Below, one piece after another: positions 14,160 to 25,308 of a DNA stretch of 64,000 nt. The position numbers and the translations under genes were made by a program. The notes under the pieces are model-generated. The model searched no databases, was not told the origin of the DNA, and was given only the letters and a program-made list of their open reading frames with translations. How positions within the stretch are numbered: the stretch's first letter is position 1; the number at the start of each line of letters is the position of its first letter. The stretch is from Eledone cirrhosa (Eukaryota). The stretch lies in assembly GCA_964016885.1 (NCBI GenBank), contig OZ024742.1:293012001-293076000 (forward strand), read 5' to 3'.

Positions 14160-14892
14160 TCCATACTGACATGTGTTATATGGGCTACTACAGACCAAGT
14201 CAGTAATTTATCAGACCCACAGTCCTCTTAAATGGGTTTGAGACCAGCTATTGATCAAATATATTTCATTTAGAATTGTTTCTGTGGCTGGATATCCTCC
14301 CAAGAATAAGTGGGCAAAAAAAAAGAAGCAGCTCAACACCCTAACCACTAGGCCATGTGCCCTTGAATAGTAAAGTAAAGAACTACATATTAGCAGGACC
14401 AATAACAAGAAGTAGGGTGTTTAGTCAGTATATCAGTCTAGGGCCTGAAGAAGCAAGGATAGGCCTTTAAATATATGACACCACCACCACTGCCACCCTG
14501 CTATACACTGACACCTATAAAATCCCATTGTTCAGCCTCATTGAATTTTGAAAGGAGCTTTCCCAACCCCCAACACCAAGGTCCAAAAGCAGTCTTGTCT
14601 AGCTTTGTTAAATTTCTCTGGGAGGCTCTGTATCTTAGTGACAATCATCATTGTCATTTTAATGTCCACTTTCCCTGCTAGAAATTTAAAAGACATGTCT
14701 ACCATAGTTTGGATAATTTTCTATCTAAATATGTCAAATGTTATTAAGTAGATAATAATATCTTAAATATTTGTCACCCTTTACATATGATATGGTTGCT
14801 TAGCAACTTTTATACACATTTTTCTGTTAGGTTTTATTTATATTAAACTGTCAACTCTTCATTCCAATGTTGAAATAATCTTATATATATAC
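14160..14892 (+). repeat. ~730-bp segment duplicated in inverted orientation at ~59420-60150
   Basis: Near-identical ORF translations on opposite strands (14211-14408 vs 59902-60099; 14548-14751 vs 59559-59762) and matching nucleotide sequence. Confidence 0.92.
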
Positions 14893-14995
14893 ATGATAGT
14901 TAGTTGTTAATGTGGAGGAACTACAGTTTGATATATAAATCACCATCTTCATTATCGGTGTGGGTTGGATGGGGTTTTTCTAACACACACATATG

Positions 14996-15038
<43 letters not shown>

Positions 15039-15789
15039 GAGGTATTTCCGTAGGAAAGGTAAAGGAAAAGAGAGTGCTCTATGTAGGCTACAGAGCTTTT
15101 TAGTTACCACTGGTAAATGAAATAATTATCTTACGTTGTTTATTACATAACTATATATATGAAAAGGTATGTCCCCGACGGCAGAGCTCAAGCCGTTTCG
15201 ACAGCTATTTCTGAGTTGAGAAATAGCCGTCAAAACAGCTTGAGCTCTGCCGTCGGGGTCATACTTTTTCCTATTTCCCACTCTACCACCCTAAGTATTG
15301 AGTACTCTGGTGCGTTATGGTCCATCTGGTTCCTTACCACAACTCCTTCGTTATATATATATATATATATATATATATAGGTCGTTTTGATGCTATGACA
15401 AAAAGTGCCCACTCCACACTGTAAAGTAGTTGTGTAGGTGTCTCAAGAAAATGCATCTGGTCGACACAGTAAGGTGATCATTTTGGTGTCACGATAAAAG
15501 GTACCCAGTCCACGCTATGAATGTGGTTGGTATTAGGAAGGGCATCCAGCCGTAGAAACCAAGTCAAAAGCAGATCTATGTGACTCACAACAGGACAACT
15601 CATCTACCCCATGCTAGCATGGTAAAATGGATGTTAAACAGTGATGATGATGATATATATATGTGTGTATATATGTATATGTATGTATGTGTGTATATAT
15701 ATATGTATGTGTGTGTGTGTGTGTGTGTGTCTATTGAGATGTATCTCATCATTTAACATCCCATTTTTCTGCTAGCAAGTGTTGATGAT

Positions 15790-16220
15790 ATATATGTCTA
15801 GGGTGGGTAAAATTCCCGAGATCCATAGACAAGTTCTCTCCAGCTGTCTCTGTCTCTCATTATCGCTGCCATGTCCTGCATCTCCAAGAGACCTGTCTGT
15901 CCTTGAGGCATCAACATATGTTAACCTCGGTCTTCTTCTTCCATTGTGTCCATGTTGATTCTGTGGACCGTCACTGCCTGATGATCTCACAGGCTTATGG
16001 AATCCCCAAGAAGATAGTGGACCTGATATCACTGCTTTACACCAACACCAAAGCCCAAGTCATTATACCTGATGGGATGACAGAGTTCTTTGAGATACTG
16101 ACTGGAGTGCTCCAGGGAGTTACATTGGCTCCCTACCTTTTTATCATCGCAGTGGACTATTGTATGTGCCTTGGCTTTATTGTAACACCATCTCAGAGCA
16201 GGAGAGTTAAGGCAAAAAAG
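15790..16220 (+). mobile_element. Decayed non-LTR retrotransposon (RTE-like) RT fragment with an inverted piece
   Basis: DSVDR..MISQAYGIPKKIV..LYTNTKAQV..DG.TEFFEILTGVLQG.TLAPYLFIIAVDY are RT motifs. The adjacent minus-strand piece (QRQL..AGH) resembles a post-RT region. Confidence 0.75.
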
Positions 16221-17325
16221 ATATATATATATATATATATTCAAAAAAAGACACGGCAAAAAGCACCCAGCCCACACTGTCAATGTTGTTAGGAAGGGCA
16301 TCCAGCAGTAGAAAACCAACCAGAAACACCTCTATATGAGGGAGACATGGTCACCCGACACAACTTGCCTCTAAATGGGACCTGTCTAATCCATGCTAGC
16401 ATCAAAGATGGACATTAATCAATGATGATGGAAATAGGGAGCACACAGGACAAAGACAATGGGGAAAAAAACAATAGTCAACCTCTGGAAATCACTACGG
16501 TTTCAGTGCATCACTTACCATCAAAAGGGCAAGAGCTCAGTCATTGGGCAGTAACTCATTACAATATCTACACTCTACTTTAACTATCAAATACTAGTCT
16601 TACTAGTCTAAACTGATAGCTCCCAATGTATCTATGGTGATGATGATGATATATGTGTATATAAAGTGAAATGACATGAGGCCAAATATGTTGAATTTCC
16701 TTAATTTTTTATTACTGTAAACACTGCACATTTCAGTGGCCAGGTTGCATAAGAACCCGGAAACATATCAAGTAGTGGAAAATTCCATTTAGAAATGTAT
16801 AAAAGTTGGAGTTAGGGTTAATTTTAAGAACTGAAGATTTAAACTGAGTGTTTAAACAAGTAGACCAGTTACGTTAATGATTCCAATTATAGAGTTGTGT
16901 AAATCAGGGACCTAAAAAACAAATAACATAATTGTTTCTACTTTTGGCACAAGGCCAGCAATTACCCAGTACATTACTGGTACTTTATTTTATCGACCCC
17001 GTAAGGATGAAAGGCAAAGTTAACCTCGACCATAATGTTAGTTAAGCTAAGCTCGGATTCCCCCTTTAGTTAGTGCTATTAGAAAAGCTATACACAATCC
17101 CCAGCTGTCCCTAGGTTCCACGCACCGGTCAGTCCCCAAATCATACTGGGTGTAATCCATATAGGCAAGGTACATACATTCAAACCAGGCTATCACTATA
17201 ATATGAAGACACTATCGCATATTATGTAGCGAATGTATCCCAAGGGGTAGGTGGGACAATCAATCAGACAAATATATATTTAGTTAATAGTAAATATGCG
17301 AAGGATTATTTAATGGAAAGTATAA

Positions 17326-17657
17326 TCATCATCATCAAACATCCACTTTTCCCTGCTTGCAAGGGTGGGACAGGAACTGATTCTGGCTTGATTTCTACAG
17401 CTGGATGCCCTTCCTAACACCAACCTCATTTACAGTGAGTGCTTGGTGCTTTTTTGCCATGGCACCTCCACGACCACTTTACAGTGGAATGATAGGGACC
17501 CCAGTCCCTATCATTTCATTTCTACAGCTGAGTAAACTGGAGCAATGTGAAATAAAGTGTCTTGCTCAAGGAAACAACACATCACCCGGTCTGAGAATTG
17601 AACTCACAACCTTTCGATTGCAAGGCCAATGCTCTAACCACTAAGCCATGTGCCTCC
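17326..17657 (-). mobile_element. Full-length tRNA-derived CORE-type SINE, family 1, with RTE-like 3' tail and (GAT)n end
   Basis: Minus strand: A box TGGCTTAGTGG, B box GAGTTCAATTC, CORE-like CCTTGAGCAAGACACTT, tail GTTAGGAAGGGCATCCAGCTGTAGAAA, GATGATGAT. Confidence 0.85.
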
Positions 17658-17677
17658 ATTATATAATGTATAATATA

Positions 17678-18821
17678 TAAAGGATGAGTGACATAATACA
17701 TCGTAGTAGTCATGTGAGTGAAAGATAAACAATATACATACAAATATAAAAATATAGGAGTACAAAATAAATAGGGTGTAACATAAACAAATAAACTACA
17801 GAGCTCAAAAAATAGTAAAGCTTAGAAACTGAAGTTTCGAAAACAAAAGTTAAGTTTGAAAAGAATAGAATATGGATAGAGTTGAAACCAGGTGAGATGT
17901 AGTGCATGGTTTGAGCAGTAACCGTCCATGCAGATACCCAGAAATCCAGAACCATAAGGGTAGAACCCAGTCAGTATAAGGTAAAGGACGTCATCAAGAG
18001 GAGGGGTCGTGTGGATGTCTGAAAGATCTCGTAAAGTCCTACAGAGTTTTGATTGCTCCAAGTCTGGATAGGTGATAATTCGGGGCCTGGTCCGAGTTGT
18101 GAGACAGGCTTGTTTATGCCACACAAAATCCTACTGGTATGTTATCAATCCCACAATGGTGGGATTGATAACATACATCAGTGAAAGGGCCTCTGTACTC
18201 CATTACATCAACTGGATAAGGAGCAATTATTCGTTTAAATTTGGTGGTTTACCACTGGGTAGAATTGGTAATTCTGCAGTGTTAATCATGACATAATATG
18301 AGAAAAGCACTCAACGTTATGCAACTCATCCATCTTTAATGTTGATTCATGTTGGTGGTGTGGGAAAGGAGTAAATGTAGTAGTCGTGGTAGTGAAAGAT
18401 ATGACAAATAACACAATGTTAGTTAAGCTAAGCTCAGTTGCTATCTGCTTCGGATTCCCCTCATAGTTCAATGTTATATTATATTATATTACGATAGTAG
18501 TAAGGTATGGTGATTATACTGACTGGGTTCTACCATTATGGTTCTGGATTTCTGGGTATCTGCATGGACAGTTACTGCTCAAACTGGGCACTACATCTCA
18601 CCTGATGTCAACTCTCTCCTTGTCAAACTATACTCTCAAATTTAACTTTTGTTTTCGAATCTTCACTGTTTTTAAGCTTTACTATTTTTTTAGCTCTGCA
18701 GTTTGTTTATTTGTTTGTTACACTCTATTTATTTTGTATTTCTATATTTTTATTTTTGTATGTTTATTATTTATCTTTCACTCCCATGACTACTACTCAG
18801 TATTATGTCACTCATCCTTTA
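17678..18821. repeat. Fold-back structure: imperfect ~300-bp inverted arms 17678-17979 and 18514-18821
   Basis: TAAAGGATGAGTGACATAATAC... vs ...GTATTATGTCACTCATCCTTTA; ORF peptides SKLYYFLSS and FKLYYFFSS occur on opposite strands. Confidence 0.8.
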
Positions 18822-19600
18822 CCTAAATTCACATGCACACACACACACATATATACACATGGCAGCCACCATGTGTATATATGTGTGTGTGTGTGCATGT
18901 GTGTATATATATATATATGTGTGTGTGTGTATATATACATAAGTATGTATGTGTGTGTACATATATATGTATGTGTGTATATATATATGTATGTATGTTT
19001 GTGTGTATATATGTATGTGTGTGTATATATATGTCTGTGATATGTGTGTCAATTATATGTGTTTGTTAGTATCGTTCAATACTATCATTTCTATGCTACA
19101 CAATATATGACTAATGTATTTGTTTCAGTGTTTATTCACTGAAACAAATATATATACATGTATGTATATATGTATGTATTTATAAAAATGTTTTTTTTTT
19201 AAATCCAAAACTAAGAAAACAAAAAAAAATTAATGAATACCTAAATTATATTTTTTGGAAATGTGAACAAAATGAAAATACATTTTAAAATGGTTTTATT
19301 TATTTATTTATTTTTCGATAATTGTTAAATATGTAAATATATATTGGATTATTAATGGAAATTGCTGAGACCCATTTTCATACATTTGTTTGGTAAATAT
19401 TAAGAATCAGTGTTAGTAAAACTTGAGATATAAGGACTAATTATAATTTAAAATCATGCACTAATTTCATATATTGAGTTGTTATCATATTGTAGGTTCT
19501 CAGTGTCCAAGAGAATTGTAGGAGCATTGCTGTGTACCAGTTTTCTCCATCTGCTGTAGTCATGTTCCAAATCTCAAGGATTTGCCTATCCACTCTTTAA

Positions 19601-19780
19601 CCCTTTAATATTTAAGCCAGTCTTGCCCAGCCAGAATTCTCTTTTTGTTCAAACCGGCTGTAATCGGCCACTCATACTGATGTTAAGGCATTGTTCTCAA
19701 AATAAATGATATCAAAATCTCATAGATTCGATAATATGAAAATGCAATAGTAAATATAGAGTAATGTAAATGCTAATGGG
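19601..19780. mobile_element. TTAA-flanked MITE (family also at 25017-25308, 37044-37448, ~55948-56140)
   Basis: TTAA|CCCTTTAATATTTA ... TAAATGCTAATGGG|TTAA. Confidence 0.7.
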
Positions 19781-20020
19781 TTAATGTTCTCTGTCCATCT
19801 TTTTCTTTCTCTGCCTTTTCTCATCCCTTCATAATTCTTTGTAAGAGGGTCTTTGTAAGCCCACTGGGATCTTGTTACATGGCCATACCATTTCAGCCCT
19901 ATTTTCTTGACTTTGTGAGGGGTGCCAATATGGTGTTGACTTGTTTTGTGGACCTGTTTGTTTATGATATAGTTTATGTAAGAGATACCTAATAGGTTGT
20001 AGTGGCATCTTTTTTCTAGT

Positions 20021-23000
20021 TGTTGTGCGTTCTAATATTGCAAAACTATAGCTCCAATTCCAAGCTTTTATTCAATATCTAGAATATAAAAACAGTAATT
20101 AGTCTTGAAGAAATATAACAATAATATTTGTAAGAAAAGAAAGATATGCAATAAAACAAAGTTATATTGAGGATAGATGAACTTCATAACATTCTTCGCC
20201 GATTTTATTGTTCTTCAATATAGCGCTTGGGGGCTACGCGTATACGATTGCTTCGTCTCACGGGGTCAACAGGAACTTGCGGTAGGATGCTAGTGCTATT
20301 TGCCACGGGATTTAAATCAATCACGGTTTCATCTAAGAGTAGATCGTTACTGTGGTCGATGTTAAGTGGTCTCGGCATATCAGCAGGACTGCTAATCGAA
20401 CTGTTTTCTTGGATGGATTGATTGTCATTATTTTGACAATTAATTGGGCCAGGGGAGAGGTCTGCTGTTGAGACTGTACTAGATCTTCCATTTTGATATC
20501 TGACAACCGCAAAATTAGCATTCACCATCTGTTCGATAATAACTTTATTCACTAATGGGTCGTTCTTTGTACGAATAAAGTTTCTAATATAGGCGTCGTT
20601 TCCAACTCTAAGCCAATCTGGTAGGGAAAATCCTAAGGAACCCTTTCGATCAAATCTAAATATGTGGTTATGGGGTGTCTCATTAGTCACTGTACAGAGA
20701 AGTGATTGTTGCAAGGCAAGGACTTCTGGTATGATATCTTCCCACTTAGTTTCTTTAAGTTTGCGCGAGTTAATTATGCATTGAATTCCTTTCCAGAGGA
20801 CTCCGTTGTAGCGCTCGTTTTGGCCATTTCCTTGTGGATGGTACGGCGAAGTGCGCGTGTGGGATATACCATTGGATAAGCAGAAATGATCGAATTCTTT
20901 GGAGAGAAACTGAGTTCCTCGATCGGAGTGTATGAATGAGGGAGCTCCGAATATTGAGAAGATTTGTTTGAGACAGTTAATGACAGTGTTTGAGGTGATG
21001 TCACACATACCGAAAGCAAAAGAGAATCTGCTGAATTCGTCTACTGCAGTCAATAAGTATATGTTTCCTGCTTTTGAAGATTTTGGTTTTGGTCCAACGA
21101 TATCGATTGACAGACATTCGAACGGCCTTGTTGACTTAATGAGTTTAGCAGATGGAGGCTTGAAGAATTTTGGCTTGCACTCCAAACATGATACGCAGTT
21201 TTTGACGACGTCGCGGATTTCGTCTACAGAAAAGGGCAGGTTATGGCGTCGGATATAATCGTAAAATCTAGTTACTCCTGGGTGTGCTAGTTGGTCGTGG
21301 AGTACTTTTAAATCACAGGGTGGCGATATAGCTGCAGCGATTCTTGAAAGACAATCGGCTTGGGTGTTGAGGTAGCCGGGTTTGTAGTCAATGTCAAATT
21401 GATGCTCTGATAGTTTTAAACGCCAGCGAGATATTTTATCATTTTTGATTCGTGATTTATTACTCGAGAAAATGAAGGCTACTGATTTTTGGTCAGTCCG
21501 TATAACCGTATGAAAACACTTCACGTATTGCGACCATCTCTGTACAGCTTCAATAATAGCCATAGCTTCTCGCTCCACAGTTGATTGTCTTTTCTCGGAC
21601 GGTGTAAGTGTTCTCGACAGGAAGGCCATGGGCCGTTCGTTTTGAGAAAGTATAGCTCCGATTGTATCGCCAGACACATCTGTTTCTATTACCAATGCGT
21701 GGCCAGTTTTAAGAGGAATGCTAAGAGCGGCATTAGAGATATCTGCTTTCATGGCTTGTATTACATCTGTAGCTACTTTATTCAGCGGGAACGAGTCAGC
21801 TTGTAATAGTGGTTGGATTTTCTTCGAGTAATCGGCAATCCACCTAGTATTATAGGCTAGGAATCCAAGGAATCGTTTCAGTTGTTGTTTGTTTGTTGGG
21901 ATTGGGTAGTCTAGTAGGGTTTTGATGCGTTCCTTATCGGGTTTCTTTACTCCGTTCTGAATGTTATAACCTAGTATAGATATACTCGTTTGGCAGATTT
22001 TACTCTTATCCGAGTTAAGAGTTAGGTTTTCTGTCTTCACGGCGTTTAAGAATGCTTCCACATTTCTATCATGTTCAGCTTTGGTATTTCCCGTGACTAT
22101 GACGTTGTCAATATAGCCATAGGTTTTTAGTAAGTTATATTTCTCTATAACTTGATCCATAATTCTCTGAAAAGCAGGTACAGCGTTAGTCACGCCGAAG
22201 GGTAAGCGGCAGAATTGGTAGAGTTTGTGATTAGCCTGAAATGCCGTTAGAGGTTTGTCGATTTTTCTTAAAGGTACTTGGTGATACGCTGATTTGAGGT
22301 CGAATACTGAAAAATATTTATCCTGTGCCACTTTGTTAACAACATCCTCAATGTCGGGGGATGGATAGGCATCCAATTGTGTATACTTATTAATTGTCTG
22401 GGAGTAGTCTACCACGAGTCGAGGTTTCTTTCCGTGAACTATGAAGCACTGAGCTCGCCAAGGTGAAATTGATTCCTCAATGGTACCGGCTTCTAGGAGG
22501 CGAGTTATTTCGGACTTAATAAAATTGTCGTCTCTCTTGTTAATGAAACATCCCTTAGTGGCAACCGGCTTGATATTTGTCTCGGCTAAATCGTGGAAGA
22601 CAAGAGGCGGATTAACTTCTATTGTCGGAAAGGTACAGCATAGTTGATTTGAAAATTTCATGGGAGGCCGGGCACTGCCAAGGTGGAGAATAATAGAGCT
22701 ATGCTGGGTGAGGACATCCATTCCAATAATGACGTTTGCAACAAGACTTTTTGCAGTGATTAGGTTCACAGAGTATTCCTCGCTGTAGATACATATTGGT
22801 ATGGATGTAGTACCAGTCGTCATTAATATTTTATTGTCGGCTAGTGTGATTGCCCGTTTTTCTTGTTTTACGCTCAAGTTTAATTCAGTTGCTATGCTAT
22901 GACGTATAAACGGATCTGTGGAACCAGGATCGATTAAGGCCTTTAGTGTGGTGTCTTTTATAGTTATCGGGCAGAGAATAGCTTTAGACTGTTTGCCGGT

Positions 23001-24082
23001 ATTTAATGAACATATAAGTGAGGCTGCTTGCTTACTGCTTTGGCAGTCAGATTTACAGACTGATTGCCAGTGGCCGATCTTCCCACAAGAATAGCATATG
23101 TCTTTTCTAGCTGGGCATTTATTTCTAGGATGCCCAGAAAGTCCACAAAAAAAGCATTTAAATTCACTTTGGGAATTAGCATTTTTCAAGTATTTCAGAA
23201 GAGGTTGTTTTGATTTTGTAGCTGCTACGGTAGGTTCTTGAGAGGATGTAGTTGACAGTGTTGATGAATTCAGAGAGACGTCTAGGTTGAATGATTTAGT
23301 AAAATCACTGGATAGTTCTATTGCATTTGCCATTGCTATGCAGTCTTTTAGGTTTGCTTGAGTATCGTCCAGCTCTAGGAGACGTGCTCATATAGCGTCT
23401 GATTGGACTCCTGCTACTAGTGAATTCAGGATCAACATATCTCTGTGGTCTTTAGCTGTGATGGCTTTACAGTTACATTTTTCCACTAAAAGGTTGAGTC
23501 TTTTAATAAACTCTCGGACGGTTTCTTCTTGCTTTTGGCGGCATGTTAGGAGTTGATGTCTGGCATAGAGTATACGACTGGGGGCTAAGAATTGAGTATC
23601 CAGGGTGATTAGTGCTTCGTTGAAGTTTTCTGCAGATTCGAGTAAACTAAATAGGTCGGCCCCAGCTTGTGAACGAAGGTAGGTCAATTTATGGTTGTCC
23701 TCTACTATGCCGTTTATGAGTAGGGAATCCACAAAACACTTCTGCCACCATCGCCATTGCTCGGATGTGGGGTGATTTGGGAATGTTGGATGTGGAATTT
23801 TTAATTGAGCCATTGGTATTGAGAATGTAGCAAGCTTTGAAGGTAGAGTAAGGGTGGAAACGAATACCACAAAACGTCTAGTCTCGGAACGAAACAGTTG
23901 TAACAAATATCATATTGAATAAAATTGTTGTGCGTTCTAATATTGCAATTCCAAGTTTTTATTCAATATCTAGAATATAAAAACAGTAATTAGTCTTGAA
24001 GAAATATAACAATAATATTTGTAAGAAAAGAAAGATATGCAATAAAACAAAGTTATGTTGAGGATAGATGAACTTCATAACA
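20021..24082 (-). mobile_element. Full-length Ty3/Gypsy LTR retrotransposon with 5-bp TSD CTAGT
   Basis: LTRs at 20021-20191 (171 bp) and 23926-24082 (157 bp) with TG...CA termini, differing by a 14-bp indel and 2 substitutions. CTAGT at 20016-20020 and 24083-24087. Purine tract GGCGAAGAA before the 3' LTR. Confidence 0.97.
20205..23813 (-). pseudogene. Gypsy gag-pol polyprotein (gag, two CCHC knuckles, protease, RT, RNase H, integrase), single frame with one premature TGA at 23388-23390
   Basis: Knuckles CFFCGLSGHPRNKC and CYSCGKIGHWQSVC; protease LIDPGS; RT FDLKSAYHQV, LPFG, YIDN; RNase H ETDVSG, EREAMA, TDQ; integrase H..LAHPG..CVSC, IDIVG, HSDRG, NGQNER. PR-RT-RH-IN order is Gypsy. The gag and pol ORFs share a frame (DAI*ARLLE). 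Confidence 0.93.
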
Positions 24083-24436
24083 CTAGTGCTTGCATCTTTC
24101 TCTGTATCTCTGTAGTGAGGGTCATGCCTCACTTGTTTACATGGAATTTTATAAATATGGACAAGTGGAAATGAATTCGAGAATGATTGATTTTTACTAA
24201 TTTAAATGAATATTTGTGAAAATCATAGACTTGTACTTGTTTGGTAAGTGACCTGATTGAGACTGTTGAAATTAAAGCGATTATATCATGGAAGTCATTT
24301 TAGCCATATAATCATCATCTTTACTCTCACCCTGTACATATTTACTCTCACCCTGTACTTCCCTCGGGTTCACGTCTTTACCCCCCCCCCCCCCCCCCAC
24401 CGACTTCTAATTCATATATATATACACACGTACATA

Positions 24437-24637
24437 CATGAGGAGGTGTTGAAAAGTTCCTGGTTTTAAAGGTATGAAAGAGGCCTGGCTGGAGGTACAA
24501 CCTTCCAAGTTCTTTTTACGGAGCTTAGAAGAACTGAAGGACCGCTGCAATAAGTGTGTGAATCTGAATAAAATCATAATTAACTGATCCTCCTGTATTT
24601 TCTTTTACTCAAAGCCAGGAACTTTTCAGCACTCCCT

Positions 24638-24641
<4 letters not shown>
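24437..24641. mobile_element. Tc1/mariner-type MITE
   Basis: Imperfect TIRs CATGAGGAGGTGTTGAAAAGTTCCTGG and CCAGGAACTTTTCAGCACTCCCTCGTG; TA on the left flank. Confidence 0.7.
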
Positions 24642-24677
<36 letters not shown>

Positions 24678-25016
24678 AATTTCACCAGAACATTTAATGA
24701 AGTTATATTTTCTGTATATTTTCCCTGCAGGACAATTATGATAAAATGTTGAAACTTAAAGGTTTTCCTTTTTAAACACCCCTCCCTCCCCTTTCTACTA
24801 TTACAGTCCATCCTTTATATCCATTTCACCTCCAGAAATATCCAAGTCCTCTATAAAGGCAGATTCTAAAAACAACTTTTTGTTTATGTAATCTCCATTC
24901 AATAAATTATTTATATTATTAACATGGATGACAAATAAATGTTATCTAAATGTTAGTTAACTATCATCAGATGAATATATTTTATTAATTACCATTATCA
25001 AATGTTAAACTATTAA

Positions 25017-25308
25017 CCCTTTAGCATTTAAACCGACCGTATCTGGCCAAAATTTTTTCACCTCTTTCTGTTCAAACCGGCCATAGCCGGTCACAGCCAG
25101 CCACTTATATCGACATTAAGGTATTGTCCTCAAAATAAATAATTGTTTCTACTTTTTGACACAAGGCCAGTGCATTACTGGTACTTTATTTTATCAAATA
25201 AATAATATCAAAATCTCATAGATTCGATATTATGTGAGATAATTATGAGGTAAAGCCTTTACCATGAAAATACAATACTAAATATAGAGTAATGTAAATG
25301 CTAAAGGG
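25017..25308. mobile_element. TTAA-flanked piggyBac-like MITE with an inserted SINE fragment
   Basis: TTAA|CCCTTTAGCATTTA ... TAAATGCTAAAGGG|TTAA, perfect 14-bp TIR. Confidence 0.8.

Noticed and set aside
17560-17657. tRNA genes (also ~62080-62152, ~63750-63820)
   Set aside because: These are tRNA-derived SINE heads continuing into CORE-like and LINE-tail sequence.
18000-18300. Possible GIY-YIG remnant in the fold-back spacer
   Set aside because: The resemblance is too weak and partly generated by the internal palindrome.
18711-19069. [12 protein letters not shown] ORFs here and elsewhere
   Set aside because: Translations of (TA)n/(CA)n microsatellites.
23388-23390. Programmed readthrough between gag and pol
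   Set aside because: The stop lies upstream of the gag zinc knuckles, within an I(R)ARLLE-like motif; CGA>TGA decay is the simpler explanation.
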